Assembly: GCA_015680685.1 (NCBI GenBank)
Contig: MNCI01003141.1
Location: 4,404-68,403 of the forward strand
Direction of reading: 5' to 3'
DNA length: 64,000 bases
Origin: Gnetum montanum
Lineage: Eukaryota; Plantae; Gnetophyta
Part shown: positions 42,023 to 56,422 of the stretch, one piece after another
Layout: each line of letters begins with the position of its first letter
Position numbering within the stretch: the stretch's first letter is position 1
Program-made: the position numbers and the translations under genes
The notes under the pieces: generated by a model
Databases searched by the model: none
Seen by the model: only the letters and a program-made list of their open reading frames with translations
Told to the model about the DNA's origin: nothing

Positions 42023-43149
42023 TGATAAAACCAAATTTTTTATCATTGCGATATCATATCAACAATATTGTACCTACAATGTCGTAGCCCATCCTACGTC
42101 ATCGTTGATGCAATGTTTCAAGTTCTATGTAGCCCTATAAATACTAGCATTTGGATGCACAATTAACAACTATTTATTCAAACATTTAGCCAAAATTTTG
42201 CAATTTTGTTTCATAGTTGTACTAGAGAGTGGATGCCCACAATGTGATGTTAGATAATTGACTCGAATCTTTATTCAAGTAAATTGTACTTGGAAGTAGT
42301 ATATGCATAACAAATCAAAGTTGTTTTTCATCATTGCAACATTCCTTAGTTTTCTTATGTTTACTTAGCATAATTTCCTACTTATTTAGCTTAATACTTT
42401 ACTTTTTCAAGCATTTTACTTTACATGTTTATTAATCAAGTGAAATGGATACGACTAGTTTTGAGCATTAAGTGTACTTATCTAGTGACCCAATAGTGGC
42501 ATTTCTTAATTCACTTAGTAGTAATTCTACTTGGTAGCTACATGAGTCTAAGACTTAATCAATAAACTAGGAATGGATACCTATTGCTCTAGGAGAGGAT
42601 AGACTCTCATTTTAGTGTTACTTACTAATGAGTTGTAGTTTTGTTAGTTGCATCGATGAGGCTACATTGCCTTTTCATCATGGCCTCATTGACACATTGT
42701 ATCATGCATTGATGAGGCTCCATTGATGTAGTCTCCATATTTTGCCTATAAATACATGCCTACCAGCTACATTTATGAAAATCAAGATTTTAGAAGTAGT
42801 GAAGCTCTTGTAGTTTGTTCATTTAAGAGTTAGAGTATTTTCACCAAGTGCCAGTAGTAGGAGTCATTGACTATATGGATCTTAATTTGAGCATTGTTGT
42901 ACCTAAGCACAATAGTATGTGTGACAATAAAGATGAGCTTTTTGATAAACCTTGAAGCATTTTGAATAGATTAAATATTTTATTTATACATTTAATGTTT
43001 TCAATTATTTATCAGTAATGAAGCTAATGAAGTAGTTAAGTAATATAAGTGAGATAGATTAAACAAATAAGTATAACCACTTTGAGTGTAGCATGTATTC
43101 ACTTGGTAATACTAGTAGTGTTATTTCTTGGTACGCCTAGTAGTGTAGC
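42023..43149 (+). mobile_element. Two nested, truncated Athila-type LTRs (42023-42625 and 42626-43149)
   Basis: Each begins TGATAA/TAATGAG, has a CTATAAATA box and shares tctttattcaag..aattgtacttg, aataaagatga and cttggtaa..ctagtag blocks with LTR 43150-43912. Confidence 0.65.
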
Positions 43150-46100
43150 TAATGAGCCACGATATTGCATCATCTACGATATCGCGTTAGACCCTGTGAC
43201 ATCACGTACGCAATATCGTAGTCCATCACCAGTTCTATAAATAAGAGGCAGCTTTCCGTTGTTCACTCATCTACAGCTAGACCCTTAGCCAAACTATATT
43301 AGTTTTACCATTCGAGAGTTAAAATAATTTCCATGTGCCTACAGTAGGAGTCTCAAAGTGAACAGATCTTTATTCAAGCAAATTGTACTTGAGCACACAT
43401 TTGTGTATGGTAATAAAGATGAAATTTCTGATACACCTTGTGGCATATGGACTAAGCTAACTAGGATTAAATTATTGTTAAATGTTTAATTTCTTTCATA
43501 GATAATTAATCTCTCTCAACCCTTGACTCTCATAGTTAAGTGCATTCGGTACGACTATTTTGAGCACGTGTGTAATGCTTGGTAACCTAGTAATGAGTAG
43601 CGTTTGGTAATCCCAGTAGCATTGCACTAGTTTAGGGTGTGTGCAACAAGTGGAAATAGATACTGGTGCTAGGACGATTAGAACCTAGTTAGCGATAGGA
43701 ATTAAAAAGGATAAAATACATAAAATTCATATACCTCAAACTTACTTAACCATACAACCATGACAATACAAGTAAGTTTGGGAAGACAACGATTGATTAA
43801 CCTTAAGTGTTCCATTGGGCATGTAAGCACTTAGTCCTTTGAGTTTGACTGGATCATGCATGAGATGCTCGTATTCGTATGGTTGAGTGTAGGGGTACCT
43901 TGCCACTCATCATTGGTGCCGTTGCCAAGGAATTAGTTATTTGTGTGGTACATAGGACATAGGAGATCATTCACATCATTGGGAAGCTAAAAAGAACCCT
44001 TAGGGTTAATCAACAATAAAATAACATAACGGTAAACAACACATTGAAGAAGACTAAAATGTCTTCTTCTTCAAACAAAAGCATTTCTTTGCCTAGGACC
44101 AACACTAGAGAAAGTCAATGGCACAACACACATAAACAAAATCTGCCAGTTCCTCAACAATTCAATCTAGTATATATTCATCACAATGAATATATACCTA
44201 ACTTTACCTTTATCTTCCATCAAGATGAACAACTACGTTGTAGAGACTTGGAGGGTAACATAGTGTTGCCTCTAGATAGAGTAGCCCCCAACATGCTCCT
44301 TCGTGTCCTTGCACAAATAGGCATGTCACAATTATACACAGAGTACATTTCATGTGATTACCATGCAAGGGACTACCATCCCACATAAGCACAAGATCAA
44401 CGGGACTTGCGGCAGAAGAGTTACCACACATCTTTGAAGGGCAAAGGACCCCATAATGCTCCACCAGTCATAAGCGAAATTGAGGGTGGTGAACCTATTT
44501 CAATAGTTTCTCTATAGAATGATGTTTTCCCTCCTAATGATAGTGAGGAGGTGGTATTAGAACCTTCACTTCATGATTCACAACCCTGGTTCCGATCCCC
44601 ACGAACACAAAGTGTTCAACGAGGGAACACAACCACAAGATAAGGATGGACATTCTAACCATCATCATGATTGGGGTTGAGATGACCAAAGAGAGGGTAG
44701 GAAACATTGTCATGGCGATGGTCCTCCTTCTTCTTCACCTTCATCATTACATTCATCCTCTCCTTCAACATCAGGACATAGTCATAAGGAACCTAACCAT
44801 GAGGATAAGGGTAAGCAAAATGAGAGACCTTGATGAGAGAGTTAAGAGTAAGGATGAGGGCACTCTAGAAAATCAAGGCATGGAAGAAGGGAAAGTAGAG
44901 AACCTCGTACACATCATAGATGCTATGAGAGAAATGACCATGAAGAACCCCTACTGGCAACTTGAAGCATGTTAGAAATCAAGAAGGTCATTAGAATTCC
45001 TACAAGGCACCAAAAAGATAGCAGGATCAAGAGATTAGACATGAATAATATCCCACAATTTGAGGGGGGATATAACATTGATCCTCAGAACCACTTAGAG
45101 GAATTTCATGATGCATGTGCCTTATATAAGATTGAGAATGAGTGGAAAAAATTAAAGCTATTCCCAAAGACATTAGTAAAAGAAGCAGAAAGCTACTATT
45201 CTTCCTTAGAACCAGAATCCATTCGAAGCTGGAGTACGATGCTAGAACTATTTAACGATAAGTATCAAATCTACTCCTAGGTGTCCAATCTATGAAAGGA
45301 AATCAAAGGATGGAAGCAAGGAACTCACAAATCCTTGGATGCTACCATGAGCTAATACTATGCACTGCTACATCGTTGCATGGGCCATGGTTACTCGAAG
45401 TAGGATTAGCTACGTCATCTCATAGATGGACTTAGGCATGAAACTAGGAGAACCCTTCAAACGTATGCCCAAGGGAGATTATCAGAGCTTAGGTTCCATC
45501 AGATCCATAGATTTCTGGAGAAAGTAGCTAAGAAAGAACGAGAGCTACATAAGAGAGAAAGTGTGGAAGAGTACAACCGTGATCCTTCCCTATGAAAAAG
45601 GGGAGTGAGATTCTATGAGGAGGAGGAAGAGTTACCACTTGAAGAGTTGCTAGATAGGAAAACCGGTTCACTCCAAAAATTAACTATAGAAGTGTCAACA
45701 AAGTTAGATCAAATGTGGGAATCCTTAGATAGTAGATTTGAAACTATTCTAAAAATTGTAGAGGAGTCTAAGGGGTGAAGTAGTGACTATGACAAAAAAA
45801 AAGGGATTTGGACCATGGACATAACAAAGGTAAGGGAAAAATTTCTATCACCAAAGAGGTTGTGGATTTTGATACAGATAATGAAAATCAATGTGAGATA
45901 TGCTAGTATGACAATCCTAAGGAATGTTTCCCAATAATCTCACATCTGCAAAAGTTTTGGGTGTATGCACCTAATCCACGACTTAACAAACTGCAAGCAC
46001 CCCAACAGTTACCTTATCCCCAAGGTAACCCGAGGCAGTTTTGCCAACCATTAATGTATTATCCAAGTGGAACTCCACCACAACCTATTGAGCAACATCA

Positions 46101-48265
46101 GTAGTGGTAATACCCACAATCATGGGGGATGCCACCACCCAGGCAACAATACCCTTATTGTTAACTGGATCCATATGGCTATTATGTGCAGCAACTAGTC
46201 TCTCCAAGTGACTCTATTGATCATGCAAACCCACAACATCACTACCAAGCTTAGGAGTATTACAGAACTCCTTCTCCTAGGGGAGACACACCACATACAT
46301 ACCATCCTCCAAATCCATCGGCAATTCTCACACCGATAGCTCCATTACCAATCGCTCCCGCAATGCAAAGGATACTCCCCACTCAACCACAACAACCCAA
46401 TTTCATGAGGGTTGTAGGTCCTCAAACCACAATTGGTTTTGACAATTTTATGTAGAAAAGATATTTCTTCAGAACCAACAATCCAACCAAGCCCTCACCC
46501 TCACAAGCGGTTGAACATCTGAATACCTCCCTAAGAAGTAAAGCTTCGAGACCTCCTTCAACCCAAAAATTAAGCCTAACACATATAGTTTATGTTAACA
46601 CATGTTGTTACTAACTAGATTAAGGTGGGCCATCTTCCTAGGAAATTCTAGGATTCTGTAAGTCCTCTCATCTATCTCTAAGTCACTGGGAATGAACCAT
46701 GCAAGGCTCTTCTGGACTCAAGTTCTAAAGTCAATATAATATAATAAGAGATGTATAAAGCCTAGAACCTACTTCCATTAAGGAAGAGTAACATTCGACT
46801 ACATCTAGTTGACCAATCCATCACTGTCCCCTTGGGACTTGTGGACAACATCATTCCACTGTATGTGGTTAGTCGTATCTAGTTGATTTCCTAGTGATAC
46901 AAGTAAACAACGATAAGGGGGACTTCCCAATCATAATGGAGAGGGTGTGGCTAAGTACTATAAATGCATGCCTAGGAATCCATGATCTTTCCCTTGAAAT
47001 ATCCAAGAAGAATACTTTTGGAAAGATCAAGAAGAAGAAAGTTCCATGTATCACATATAGTAACACAGGGTGCCATTGCGTGCTGAAACCAACTTAAGGC
47101 TCAATTGGTAGAAAATCCATTTGATGGTCCAAGAGGGCATAGTACTTGGACATAATCTTTCACATTCAAGAATAAAGGTAGACCTAGATAAATTTAGGGT
47201 CATCCAAGAAATCACTCGACATCTAGAAACTGTGAAAGACATTCGATTATTCCTTGGACACACTAGCTATTATAGGAGATTCATTGAGAACTTCTCCAAG
47301 ATTGTGAGACTGTCGGTAGAACTATTGAAGAAGAATGCACCATTTGAATGGACCAGGGAATGTGAACAAGCATTCCAAACTCTGAAACAAAGGCTTGTAG
47401 AAACTCCCATTCTACAAGTTCATGACTGGTCTAGACCATTCCATATAATGACTGACGCATCCAATTATTCCTTAGGAGTTGTACTTACACAGTTAGATGA
47501 CCAGAAATGTCCTTATTACATCCACTGTGCAAGTAAGAGTGTCATCGATGCACAAATTAACTACAAAACTATAGAAAAAGAATTAATGGTTGTAGTGTTT
47601 ACACTAGATAAGTTTAGGTAGTATGTGTTAGGATACAAAGTGTATATTCATACGGATCATAGTGCAATCAGGTTGTTCATGAACAAGACAACGGTTAGCC
47701 CTCGTATTATACGTTGGTTGGTAATCCTACAGGAGTTTGATCTAACGATGATAAATTGAAAGGGCATCAAGAGCGTAGTTGTAGATCACTTATCTCAATT
47801 GCACTAGGATAGTAAAGAGGATGAATACGCCATATCCAATCATTTTCTAGACGAAGCCCTCTTTTCCAATGTAGTAAATAACCAATCCACGGGAATGAAT
47901 TGGTATAGTAGCATTCTTACCTATCTCCTTTCCCAAAAAACACCACAGGAGCTAAACTTTAGGAAGAAAGAACTGTTTCTTCACAGAGATAAGTACTTCA
48001 TAGAGATCAATGGACAACTTTACAAATTCTGTCCTAATCGCTTGGTTAGATGGTGTGTGCTCGATGTGGACCAACTAAGAGTTCTCCAGGATGCTCATGA
48101 GGGCCCTTGTGAGGGTCACTATGTAGGGAGACGAACGAAATGGGCTAAAGTAGCTATTGTAATAGACTGCACATTATCTACAACTACACTATTTGTATAA
48201 CAACAAGTTGTAAATAGGTTTGGTGTGCTGCCTATACTTATCTAAGATAATGGAACACACTTGAG
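43150..48265 (+). mobile_element. Element D: Athila-type LTR retrotransposon, internally deleted and 3'-truncated
   Basis: LTR 43150-43912 (TAATGAG..CTCATCA); PBS TGGTGCCGTTGCC 43914-43930; gag (DPQNHLEEFHDAC..KLKLFPKTL..SIRSW); PR remnant ~46600-47000; most of RT missing; RH MTDASNYSLGVVL..EKELMVVVF; IN H2C2 region HEGPCEGHY. Confidence 0.88.
47060..48265 (+). pseudogene. pol: Element D pol remnant (RT C-terminus, RNase H, start of integrase)
   Basis: MVQEGIVLGH..FLGHTSYYRRFIENFSKI..TDAS..YTDHSAI..RWL..LQEFD. Confidence 0.85.
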
Positions 48266-48680
48266 GATTTTTAATTTATAAGTAGTTCACAATATTAAGT
48301 GAAGGATAAAGTTATGCTTATTTGAAGAATGATTGAGTGCACTAGCCCCCATTGACATTTTTACTATTCCTATCTAGGTAGGAACAAAGGTCCCATGGTA
48401 GGTAAAAATAGGCAAAAGCACTATCACAAGGGGGATCAATGCTTATACTCCACTTCACCATTGTATATCCTGTAGTTTAGCGAAATCTAGAGTAATGTAT
48501 GGGTATGGGACATCATACTATATTTACAGTATAGGCATAGATCTACGTAAATAAAGTAAATTATATTTTATTTCTCATTTCTAGTGTAGTGTGTGTGTGT
48601 GAATATTTATTTTGTTCATTCAATAAAGACATACCTTACTCCAATAAAAATGGTTTTTCATCTATAAAAAAATGCTTATC

Positions 48681-48702
48681 ATATATATATATATATATAT
48701 AT
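48681..48702. repeat. (AT)n microsatellite
   Basis: atatatatatatatatatatat. Confidence 0.9.
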
Positions 48703-50512
48703 GGGATCTAAGAATCCCATCCCTAGTGGATACTCTAGTTTCTAAGATATTCCCAGTTATGATCTAATCATAAATGTATATTTCATATATTTGCTTATTT
48801 CTCACCTTGTATGTGGAACCAAAATGTCGAGCATTATGCATGCATGGTGCAAGAGTAAGATAAGGAGTATAGAATATAGTAAGGCAAGGTAAGGCAATGT
48901 TCTTGCATGAAATTCCTAGAAGTGTTTCTTATTCTTTATTTACTATGACTCATTTAAATGGTAGAAAGTGTCTTATTCATAAGTAAGATGATCCATGTCT
49001 TATAGTCTATACCTATCTTATAGAGATTACAATAAGCTCATTCTTTAAATGAGTATATAGGAAACAGCCTGATTGGATAAAATACTAAATCAATAAATAA
49101 TAATATACAAGTGAATGTCAATTGTAGGATGAAAATCAAGTACTACAATAAATACACTTGTGAGTGGCTCCAACAGGAATGAATTTGGATCCTTTGGATA
49201 GGGAATGATTAATAACCATAATTTCCCTATGGGCTTGGAGTGTAGTTTGCAAGGACGTGGATGTACCTAAATAAAAACTAGACATCAACCCAACCTTAAT
49301 AATTTGAAATATAATAATTTCAATGAATAATCACTAAATTTTAATAGTTATATGATTCCAAAGAATGATCTAGAATTAGGTCAATTATGTTTATTGGAAG
49401 CAAACATTCCAGTGGTAGTAGTAAAAACTCATCTATGTATGATTATAATAGCTACTAATGTACTTCATAGTTGGGCTATAACTTCCTTAGGTGTTAAATG
49501 TGATGTTGTATCTTGGAATTTGAATTAGACTTCTATTTTGATGGAACGACCAATAATTTTCTATGTTTAGTGCAACGAGATTTGTAGAACCAATCATATA
49601 TCACTTCCAAGCTATATCAGTCACGAGTTAAAACACCATTCTACTATTTTTCCAAAATTAGGTGACATAAGGCAATTTTTAGATATAAATTAGGTTTGAT
49701 AGTACATTGAGACAATGGGAAGGGTGATTTCATCATGTTCAAATAGCAAAAGTAGTGCCTTCAATTGATTGGAAAAAATATCTTTACCTAGTAATCCTTC
49801 TGAAATTTTTTCCTCCCTTATAATTCTAATAAAGTTATGTGAGAATGTTATGTACTCTACGGTCCTTTAATTGTACAAGAAAAATCAATATATAATTTTC
49901 AAATATAAAGAGCTAAAGATTACTAGACTTAGAAAAATTCTTGACTCTAAAAATGTAAAGATCATGATGATAAAATTAGAGGTCTAAAGTCAAAATGCTT
50001 GGTCTTGTTGGATGGGTGTAAAGTCCAAACAAGGATAGGGAATCTTTGATGATCAGGATCTTGCTAATTAGGGTTAATCAAGGGATGAAGATCATTCAAA
50101 GCAAGATGTAAAAAGGATAAAATTCCAGTAAGACTTCATGTAGTTAAGATCCAAATTCAAGGTGCGATTTGAAAAAGAAATTCAATTTTAATAAGACTTA
50201 ATTAAAATTATAGTTTGGACCCAAATCTACTTAGTAAGGGTGGCCATGACAATCACTAAGTGAATTTTCTTAAAAAGATAAGATTTCATATGTCTAGCCA
50301 TGGTAGGATGGACATGACTTAGGAAAGACTAGAAGTCATTATGCTCAAATTTCTATGACCCATCAACTAAAGCCAGAGATGGGTTTTCCCATCTATCCAT
50401 AGGGANTGTGATGAGTAAGAGAAATGTATATATGAATATGTGGCTAGTGGAGGCCTTCCCTATGGATAGATGGGAAAACCCATCTCTGGCTTTAGTTGAT
50501 GGGTCATAGANG

Positions 50513-51068
50513 ATGTTGTGTTGGGCGTATACGTTGAAGGATGTTGGGCGTATACGCTGGGCATATACGCTAATGGATGCGGGGCATATACACTGGGCGT
50601 ATACGCTGAAGGATGCTGGGCGTATACGCTGATGGATGCTGGGCGTATACGCTGAGTGTATATGCTGAAGGCTGGCCACTTGCTTCAATCCTTGGTCTTT
50701 GGTGTTATCTTCATGTTGTCATTGGAGATCTTGTCATCGAGAGTGTGCACCTGTAGTACCTGAGCATGCACGCCGGAGAGTCAGGCGTATACGCTGGATG
50801 CATATGCCGTGGAGTGTTGGGCGTATACGCTGCAGGTGTGAACTTGGGTGTATACGCTGGGCGTAGACGCTGGGTGTAAACACTGCAGGTGTGAACTTGG
50901 GCGTACACGCTGGGTATATACGCTGACACAAAATACTTAGTGAAAACCAAGCATTTCGAGCTCCGAAAGTGCCATGTATGACAACTCATGTAGCTGAGGT
51001 TGTCCGCAAGTCTCAAGGACCTGTTTGGCATCAGATGAGTACTAAGCTCCAAATTTTATGGTGTTTGA
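50513..51068 (-). repeat. Element C 3' LTR (U3 part) with GCGTATACGC motif cluster; PPT at 51069-51082
   Basis: PPT/LTR junction aligns with that of A; more than 10 (G/A)GCGTATACGCT-like motifs in 50520-50930. Confidence 0.7.
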
Positions 51069-52104
51069 TTGGCCCCTATTTGTTGACGCTTGGAGGAATC
51101 AACCCAAGAAGGATCAAAAAAGAAGTAAAAAACACCACAAGCAACTTGATAAAGACATTGCCTGCTGCCACTTGACGAGATGTGATTGCACCATGTTCAG
51201 TAGTACATGGGATCGGGAGAGTGAAATTTGTAGCGGGTGGGAGGATAGAGATTGTAGGGATTGGTGACTGCCCATGAGAATTGTTGTGGATAGGGCATGC
51301 TTGAGTATGTGGCATGTTGATCCTTGTCAATAGCCAATGTTTTAGCAGACTTGGAGTTCAGACATGTGATGTGCGTTCTTTGGCGGAACAAGGCTCTTGG
51401 TTAGGTTTCAAGAGAATTTGTTGGCAAGGCCAAAGCCACAGGAGGATGTGTTACATTCTTTAGAAGAACAGGGCCCATGTGTAATGTTCAGGGTAACCCA
51501 TTAATGGGGAGCCAAAGCCATGCAACTAGATGCTTCTTGACCATTTTGGACATGAGTACTTGGTTTGGAGACAACTGCCTTCCCGCCTGGGGCTTGTATG
51601 GGAAGTGCCAGAAGTCTCCTTTTTTTTGTGAAGAAAATTTGCCTTGATTTTTTACTCATGCTCGAGCACAGTACTGTGTGTTGAAATTGTGTTGAGGCGG
51701 CACAGTATTTTAAATGTGATGGGTGTATCGAGGGGATGCTAGGATAAATGTGTTGGCGAATGGATAGGGAATTTTTCTGGTGAATGGGGATGTACTAGTG
51801 AATGGTTTGATCTAGCTTTGTCAAGTATGCTACAAAAATTATCTCATCATGCTGCTGATGGAAGAAAGAATTCTTGGGCAAAATCTCTGGGTGTCATCCT
51901 ACAAACATAACTCCAAGGAGACAAGAAAACCGGGAGTGAATAGACTAGCTTAGACTTACACGGCAGCCGATGGTGCAGAGATGCTGAAGGATGGCAGGAA
52001 CTATATGTAGATGACAACAGTACTGGTAAGGGTGATTGATGACAAGCGATGCAGTGAAGCTGATGGATGCATCATGGCAGTGGATTGATGGGCCGGATGT
52101 GAAC

Positions 52105-52440
52105 CTGTCAGTTTATAGTCTTGGCAGACTATCATGGGATAGTTTTATGTCATAACCTGTTGGACATTACCTATTTAGCGTCGTGGCAGACGTTACATTG
52201 CTAGTTTTAAGTCTTGGCGGACTGTGAAGAGACAAGCTAGTTTATAGTCTTAGCGGACCCTGATGGTTGTAACGGTGGCAGTTTACTGTCACGCCGGATG
52301 GATGCAAGTTTATCGTCATTGCGGACACTGTGGTGTCAGTTTTAAGTCATAACCCAGGACCATTCTGTGGTATCAGTTTATCGTCATGACTCTAGGACGA
52401 GCTATGGTATCAGTTTATAGTCATAATTCTAGGACTTACA
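52105..52440 (-). repeat. Tandem array after pol of element C (GACTATAAACTG core on element strand)
   Basis: Repeated cagtttatagtc/cagtttatcgtc on +; same position as array 3 of A. Confidence 0.8.
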
Positions 52441-52457
52441 CGTACCTGAGCTTGTAT

Positions 52458-55400
52458 TTAGACGCACAACGGTCTTAGGTACAAGTGATTGCTTGGGTTA
52501 GCAAGCTCGTTCCCTTCCGTATCAGCCAGCTTGAATGCACCATTATCAAATGCCTTGATGACCATGTAAGGCCCTTCCCAGTTGGCTGAGAATTTTTCCG
52601 GGTGTTCTCGAACAGCCTTGAGCACGAGGTCGCCTTCTTGGATGGGGCGCTTGTCGATGTCATTCCGATGTCGCTGTCATTGTTGCTTTTGGTAACATTC
52701 GATTTGATCGAGCGCGCGTACACATTCTTCTTCCACTGAGTCGAGGTCAACGATGCATAGATCATTGTTTTGCCCATCGTCGACGAGTCCAAAAAGTGTG
52801 ACCCTTAAAGATGGTACTTTCAATTCCAAAGGTAAAACAACTTCTGAACTGTAAACAAGACTGTATGGATTTTTACTTGTTGATATTCGGTGTGTAGTGT
52901 GGTATGCCCACAATGCATATATTAATTGTTCATGCCATTTCTTTTTGCTTTGCGTGAGCATTTTCTTAAGTATTGTAATTATTTTTTTATTTGTTGCTTC
53001 TGCTTGCCCATTGCTCTGAGGATAGTAAGGGGATGAAAACGAGTGTTTGATCCCCAAACTGTCACAAAAGGTTTTCATCTCGGCACTGCTAAATTGCAGC
53101 CCGTTATCAGTGATGATTGTCATGGGAATGCCAAAATGGGCTACAATGTTTTCGAGAATGAAATTGCACACGTGCTTGGATGTAGTTTTTCAAAGGGGAG
53201 TAGCTTCTACCCACTTCCTGAAGTATTCTGTGGCGGTTATCATGAAACCGTGCCCTATAGACGATGAGGGTGTTATTGGACCAATGAGGTCCAATCCCCA
53301 TTTTTGGAAGGGCCACGTGATTTGCGCTGTGTGCAATTCGTTCAGTGGGACGTGGATTAGGTTGCTATGTTTCTGGCAAGTATCTCATGTCTTAACCTTG
53401 GAGAGACAGTCATATTCCATGTGTGGCGAATAGTAGCCTAATCGTCTTACTTTTGTGGCCATGGCTTTTGGCGCTATGTGTCCTCCGCATAGTCCCTCAT
53501 GTACTTGTTCAACAATTGTTTGGGCATCGGTACTATTGATGTATGTTAGCAATATGCCTTCGTAGGATCTACGACATAGTGTGTCCCTTACCAGGGTATA
53601 CTGCTTAGAACGTTTCCGCACTGCGTCTTTCTATGCATTTGTTAGATGTCATGGTGTTTCACCACGTAGAAGGTACTCTTTTATGTCATTGTACCATTCC
53701 ACTGCGTGTGTTGTGCTAACAGATGCAATTGGCAATATGTCGGGAGTATCGATTATTGGTTCAGCATAGTTGATTACAGAGCTTGGTAAGGCATGGAACA
53801 TGTCAGGTGATATGTTTAGCACCAATGTGGCTAATGCATTTGCGATGGTATTATCATTTCGAGAGACGTGTTGCACATCAATGTTTTCAAATCGCTTTAT
53901 TAAGTTTTTTGCCAAGTCACAGTATGGTTGTAAGTGTTAGGCTTTGCACGTATAGATGTCTGTGACTTGGTTGAGTACTAGTTGTGAATCGCCTCTGACT
54001 ACTAGCCGTGTGATGTCTGAAGCCAGTGCTGCTGCAAGAACCCTAAGGAGACCTTCATACTCCACTATGTTGTTAGTACAGTGAAAGTTGAAATGGTAGG
54101 TGAAGAGTCGGATCTCCCCGGAGGGATAGGTGATGACAGCAGCTACACTCCCTCCTCGAGAGGTGGATGCTCTATCAAAGATTAGAACGACATCATAATC
54201 TTGGGGCACTATGTGTATGGCACTTATGTTTTCATCTGGGAATTCCAGCTCTATAGTCACTTGATCTAGTGTGGGTGATGTGGCCATCTGATCTGTTATG
54301 GCTTGACCTTTGACTGATGATTGCACTAAGTAGTATAGGTCAAACTCGGCTTCATGGCTTTCCATTGGGCTATTCAACTTGTTTCGTAAATGTTCCCTGT
54401 TATGGCTCTCAGTACATTGTCTTACAAATTATGTAGACTTGGTTACGGAAGAGGTAATGTCACCATTTTCTTAAAGAAAAGACCAAAGCTAAACATGACT
54501 TCTCCACGTCATTATACTTCTTTTTGTGGGCAACTAAGGTGTGGATCAAGTAGTATAGAGGGACTTCGGTCTCGTCATCTTGTTTCTGGCATAGCATAGA
54601 CATGATTGACGATTCCGAAGTGGCAAGGTAGATGTAAAACGATTTGTTGTTTTGGGGTGGGTAAACCGTAGGCAGTCGGGCAAGTGCTGTTTTGATATTT
54701 TTGAAGGCTTCTTGGCACTGAGGAGTCCATTCGAAATGGTCATTTTTACGTAACAGGTGGTTCATAGGTTTTAGTTTGTTCCTTAATTTTTCTACGAAAT
54801 GCCTAATGAACTACAATCTACCTTGTAGACCTCGAAGTTCGGTAAGGTTTCTTGGTGGTTTCAGGTTTGTTATGGCCTTGACTTTATCGGGGTCTACTCG
54901 TATCCCTGCTTCAGAGGCTATGAATTCGAGCATTTTGCCTCTTTTGATGCCAAAGACACATTTTTTGTGTTGAGCCTTAGTTCATACATTAAACAACACT
55001 TTAAGACTAAGTCGAGGTCTTGTACATGTTGTTTGGCCATTTTTGACTTGACCATGATGTCATCCACATAGTCATTGAATGACCGTAACATATAATCACT
55101 AAAGATAAACGTCATGGCTCTTTGATACATGGCCCTAGCATTCTTGAGAACAAAGGGCATCATTGTGTAGCAAAAAGTTCCCCATGGGGTCATGAAAGTT
55201 ATCCGAAGTTGATATTCAGGGTTGATGCGTATTTGGTTGTATCCCGAAAAACCATCCATAAAAGATAGTAAGGCATGCCTAGCAGTCGAGTCAACAAGTT
55301 GATTGATGCTGGGTAGGGGAAAGTCATCCTTTATAGTTGCTACATTTAAATCTCGGAAGTCAATGCATAGGTGAATGCTTCCGTTTTTCTCCAGGACGAT

Positions 55401-55931
55401 GACCATGTTGGACACCCATTCGGCGTAATCAACAGCCCAAATGAAACCAGCTTGGTAGAGCTTGGTGATCTCATTGCAAACTGCCAATGCCACCTCGGGT
55501 TGAACTTTTCATGCTTTCTATTTTATCGATCTCAATTTTGGGTCTAGGATAATGTTGTGTTGGACAATTCTAGGATCTAGCCCGGGCATGTCTGTATAGG
55601 ACCAAGCGAACACTTTCATGTTTTCCCTAAGCACATTCTGAATGTCTCGGGCCAAGTGCGGTTGTAGTAATGTACTCAATTTTAATATTTTAGTTTCCCC
55701 ATTAGGCATGATAATGGGAGTTTTAGCTAACGGATCTTCGGTGATGTTTTCGGTGTCTATGTCAAGGAATTTTGTCATGCCCCCATAATTGTCTATTGTT
55801 TGCCATGTTGAGGCTATGACCACAACGTCCGTCAGTGGACTTAAGTTGATGCAGTTCATGTCAATGCCTCGTGTAATGTTGCCATATGGTCCGTCAATGA
55901 TTAAAGGTGCGTTTAAATGCTGGCAGTCCAT
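52458..55931 (-). pseudogene. pol: Element C pol: RT-RH-aRH-IN (few stops and frameshifts)
   Basis: VFAWSYTDMPGLDP, CIDFRDLN..KDDFPLP, LSFMDGFSGYNQI, YVDDIMV, aRH IFDRAS..TNNIVEYEGL..GDSQLV..NTIANALA, IN ITDNGLQF..YPQSNGQAEATN. Confidence 0.95.
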
Positions 55932-56044
55932 CGAGTTTGTTCCTGCCAATAAACCGAGAGTTGTATGAGCAAAGGGGTATTGTTCTATGCTTTTTGGTGA
56001 TTTAACTATGTGTACGTGTATAATGGTGGATTACCGTCACACTT

Positions 56045-56285
56045 GGACGCATGGCAGTTTAATGCCCTACCAGGTAGTGAGTGGCAGTTGAAGGCCGTAC
56101 CGGGCCGTGAATGGCAGTTTAAGGCCATACCGGGCCGTGATCGGGTAGGGAAATGGCAGTTTAAGGTCGTACCAGGCTATTATGGCAGTTTAACCAGCGT
56201 AAACATGTAAGACGGGATCCATGAAGGAACCAGGACGTAATAATTAGGGAAGTGGCAATTTAAAGCCGTAGCAGGCCATAATGTG
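56045..56285 (-). repeat. Tandem array upstream of pol in element C (GGCCTTAAACTGCC core on element strand)
   Basis: Repeated tggcagtttaaggcc on +; equivalent of array 2 in A. Confidence 0.8.
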
Positions 56286-56411
56286 TGTTTTAACAATTTT
56301 AATGATTTTTTGATTATTTTTTTGGACAAATTTTACCGAAAAATGCGCGAAAAAAGCAAAAGGCAAAAAATGGAGCAACAACGGAGGTGTTAGCGTCAAT
56401 GTCATCGAGCA

Positions 56412-56422
56412 CTATATAAAGG
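56412..56422 (+). promoter_or_regulatory. TATA box of the accessory gene in C
   Basis: ctatataaagg about 200 bp upstream of ATG 56616; AATAAA poly(A)-like signal near 61189 after the stop. Confidence 0.6.

Noticed and set aside
50352-50511. Near-perfect ~54-bp inverted repeat (possible hairpin, MITE or miRNA)
   Set aside because: Both arms end at single n characters (50406, 50512), consistent with an inverted contig-overlap artefact.
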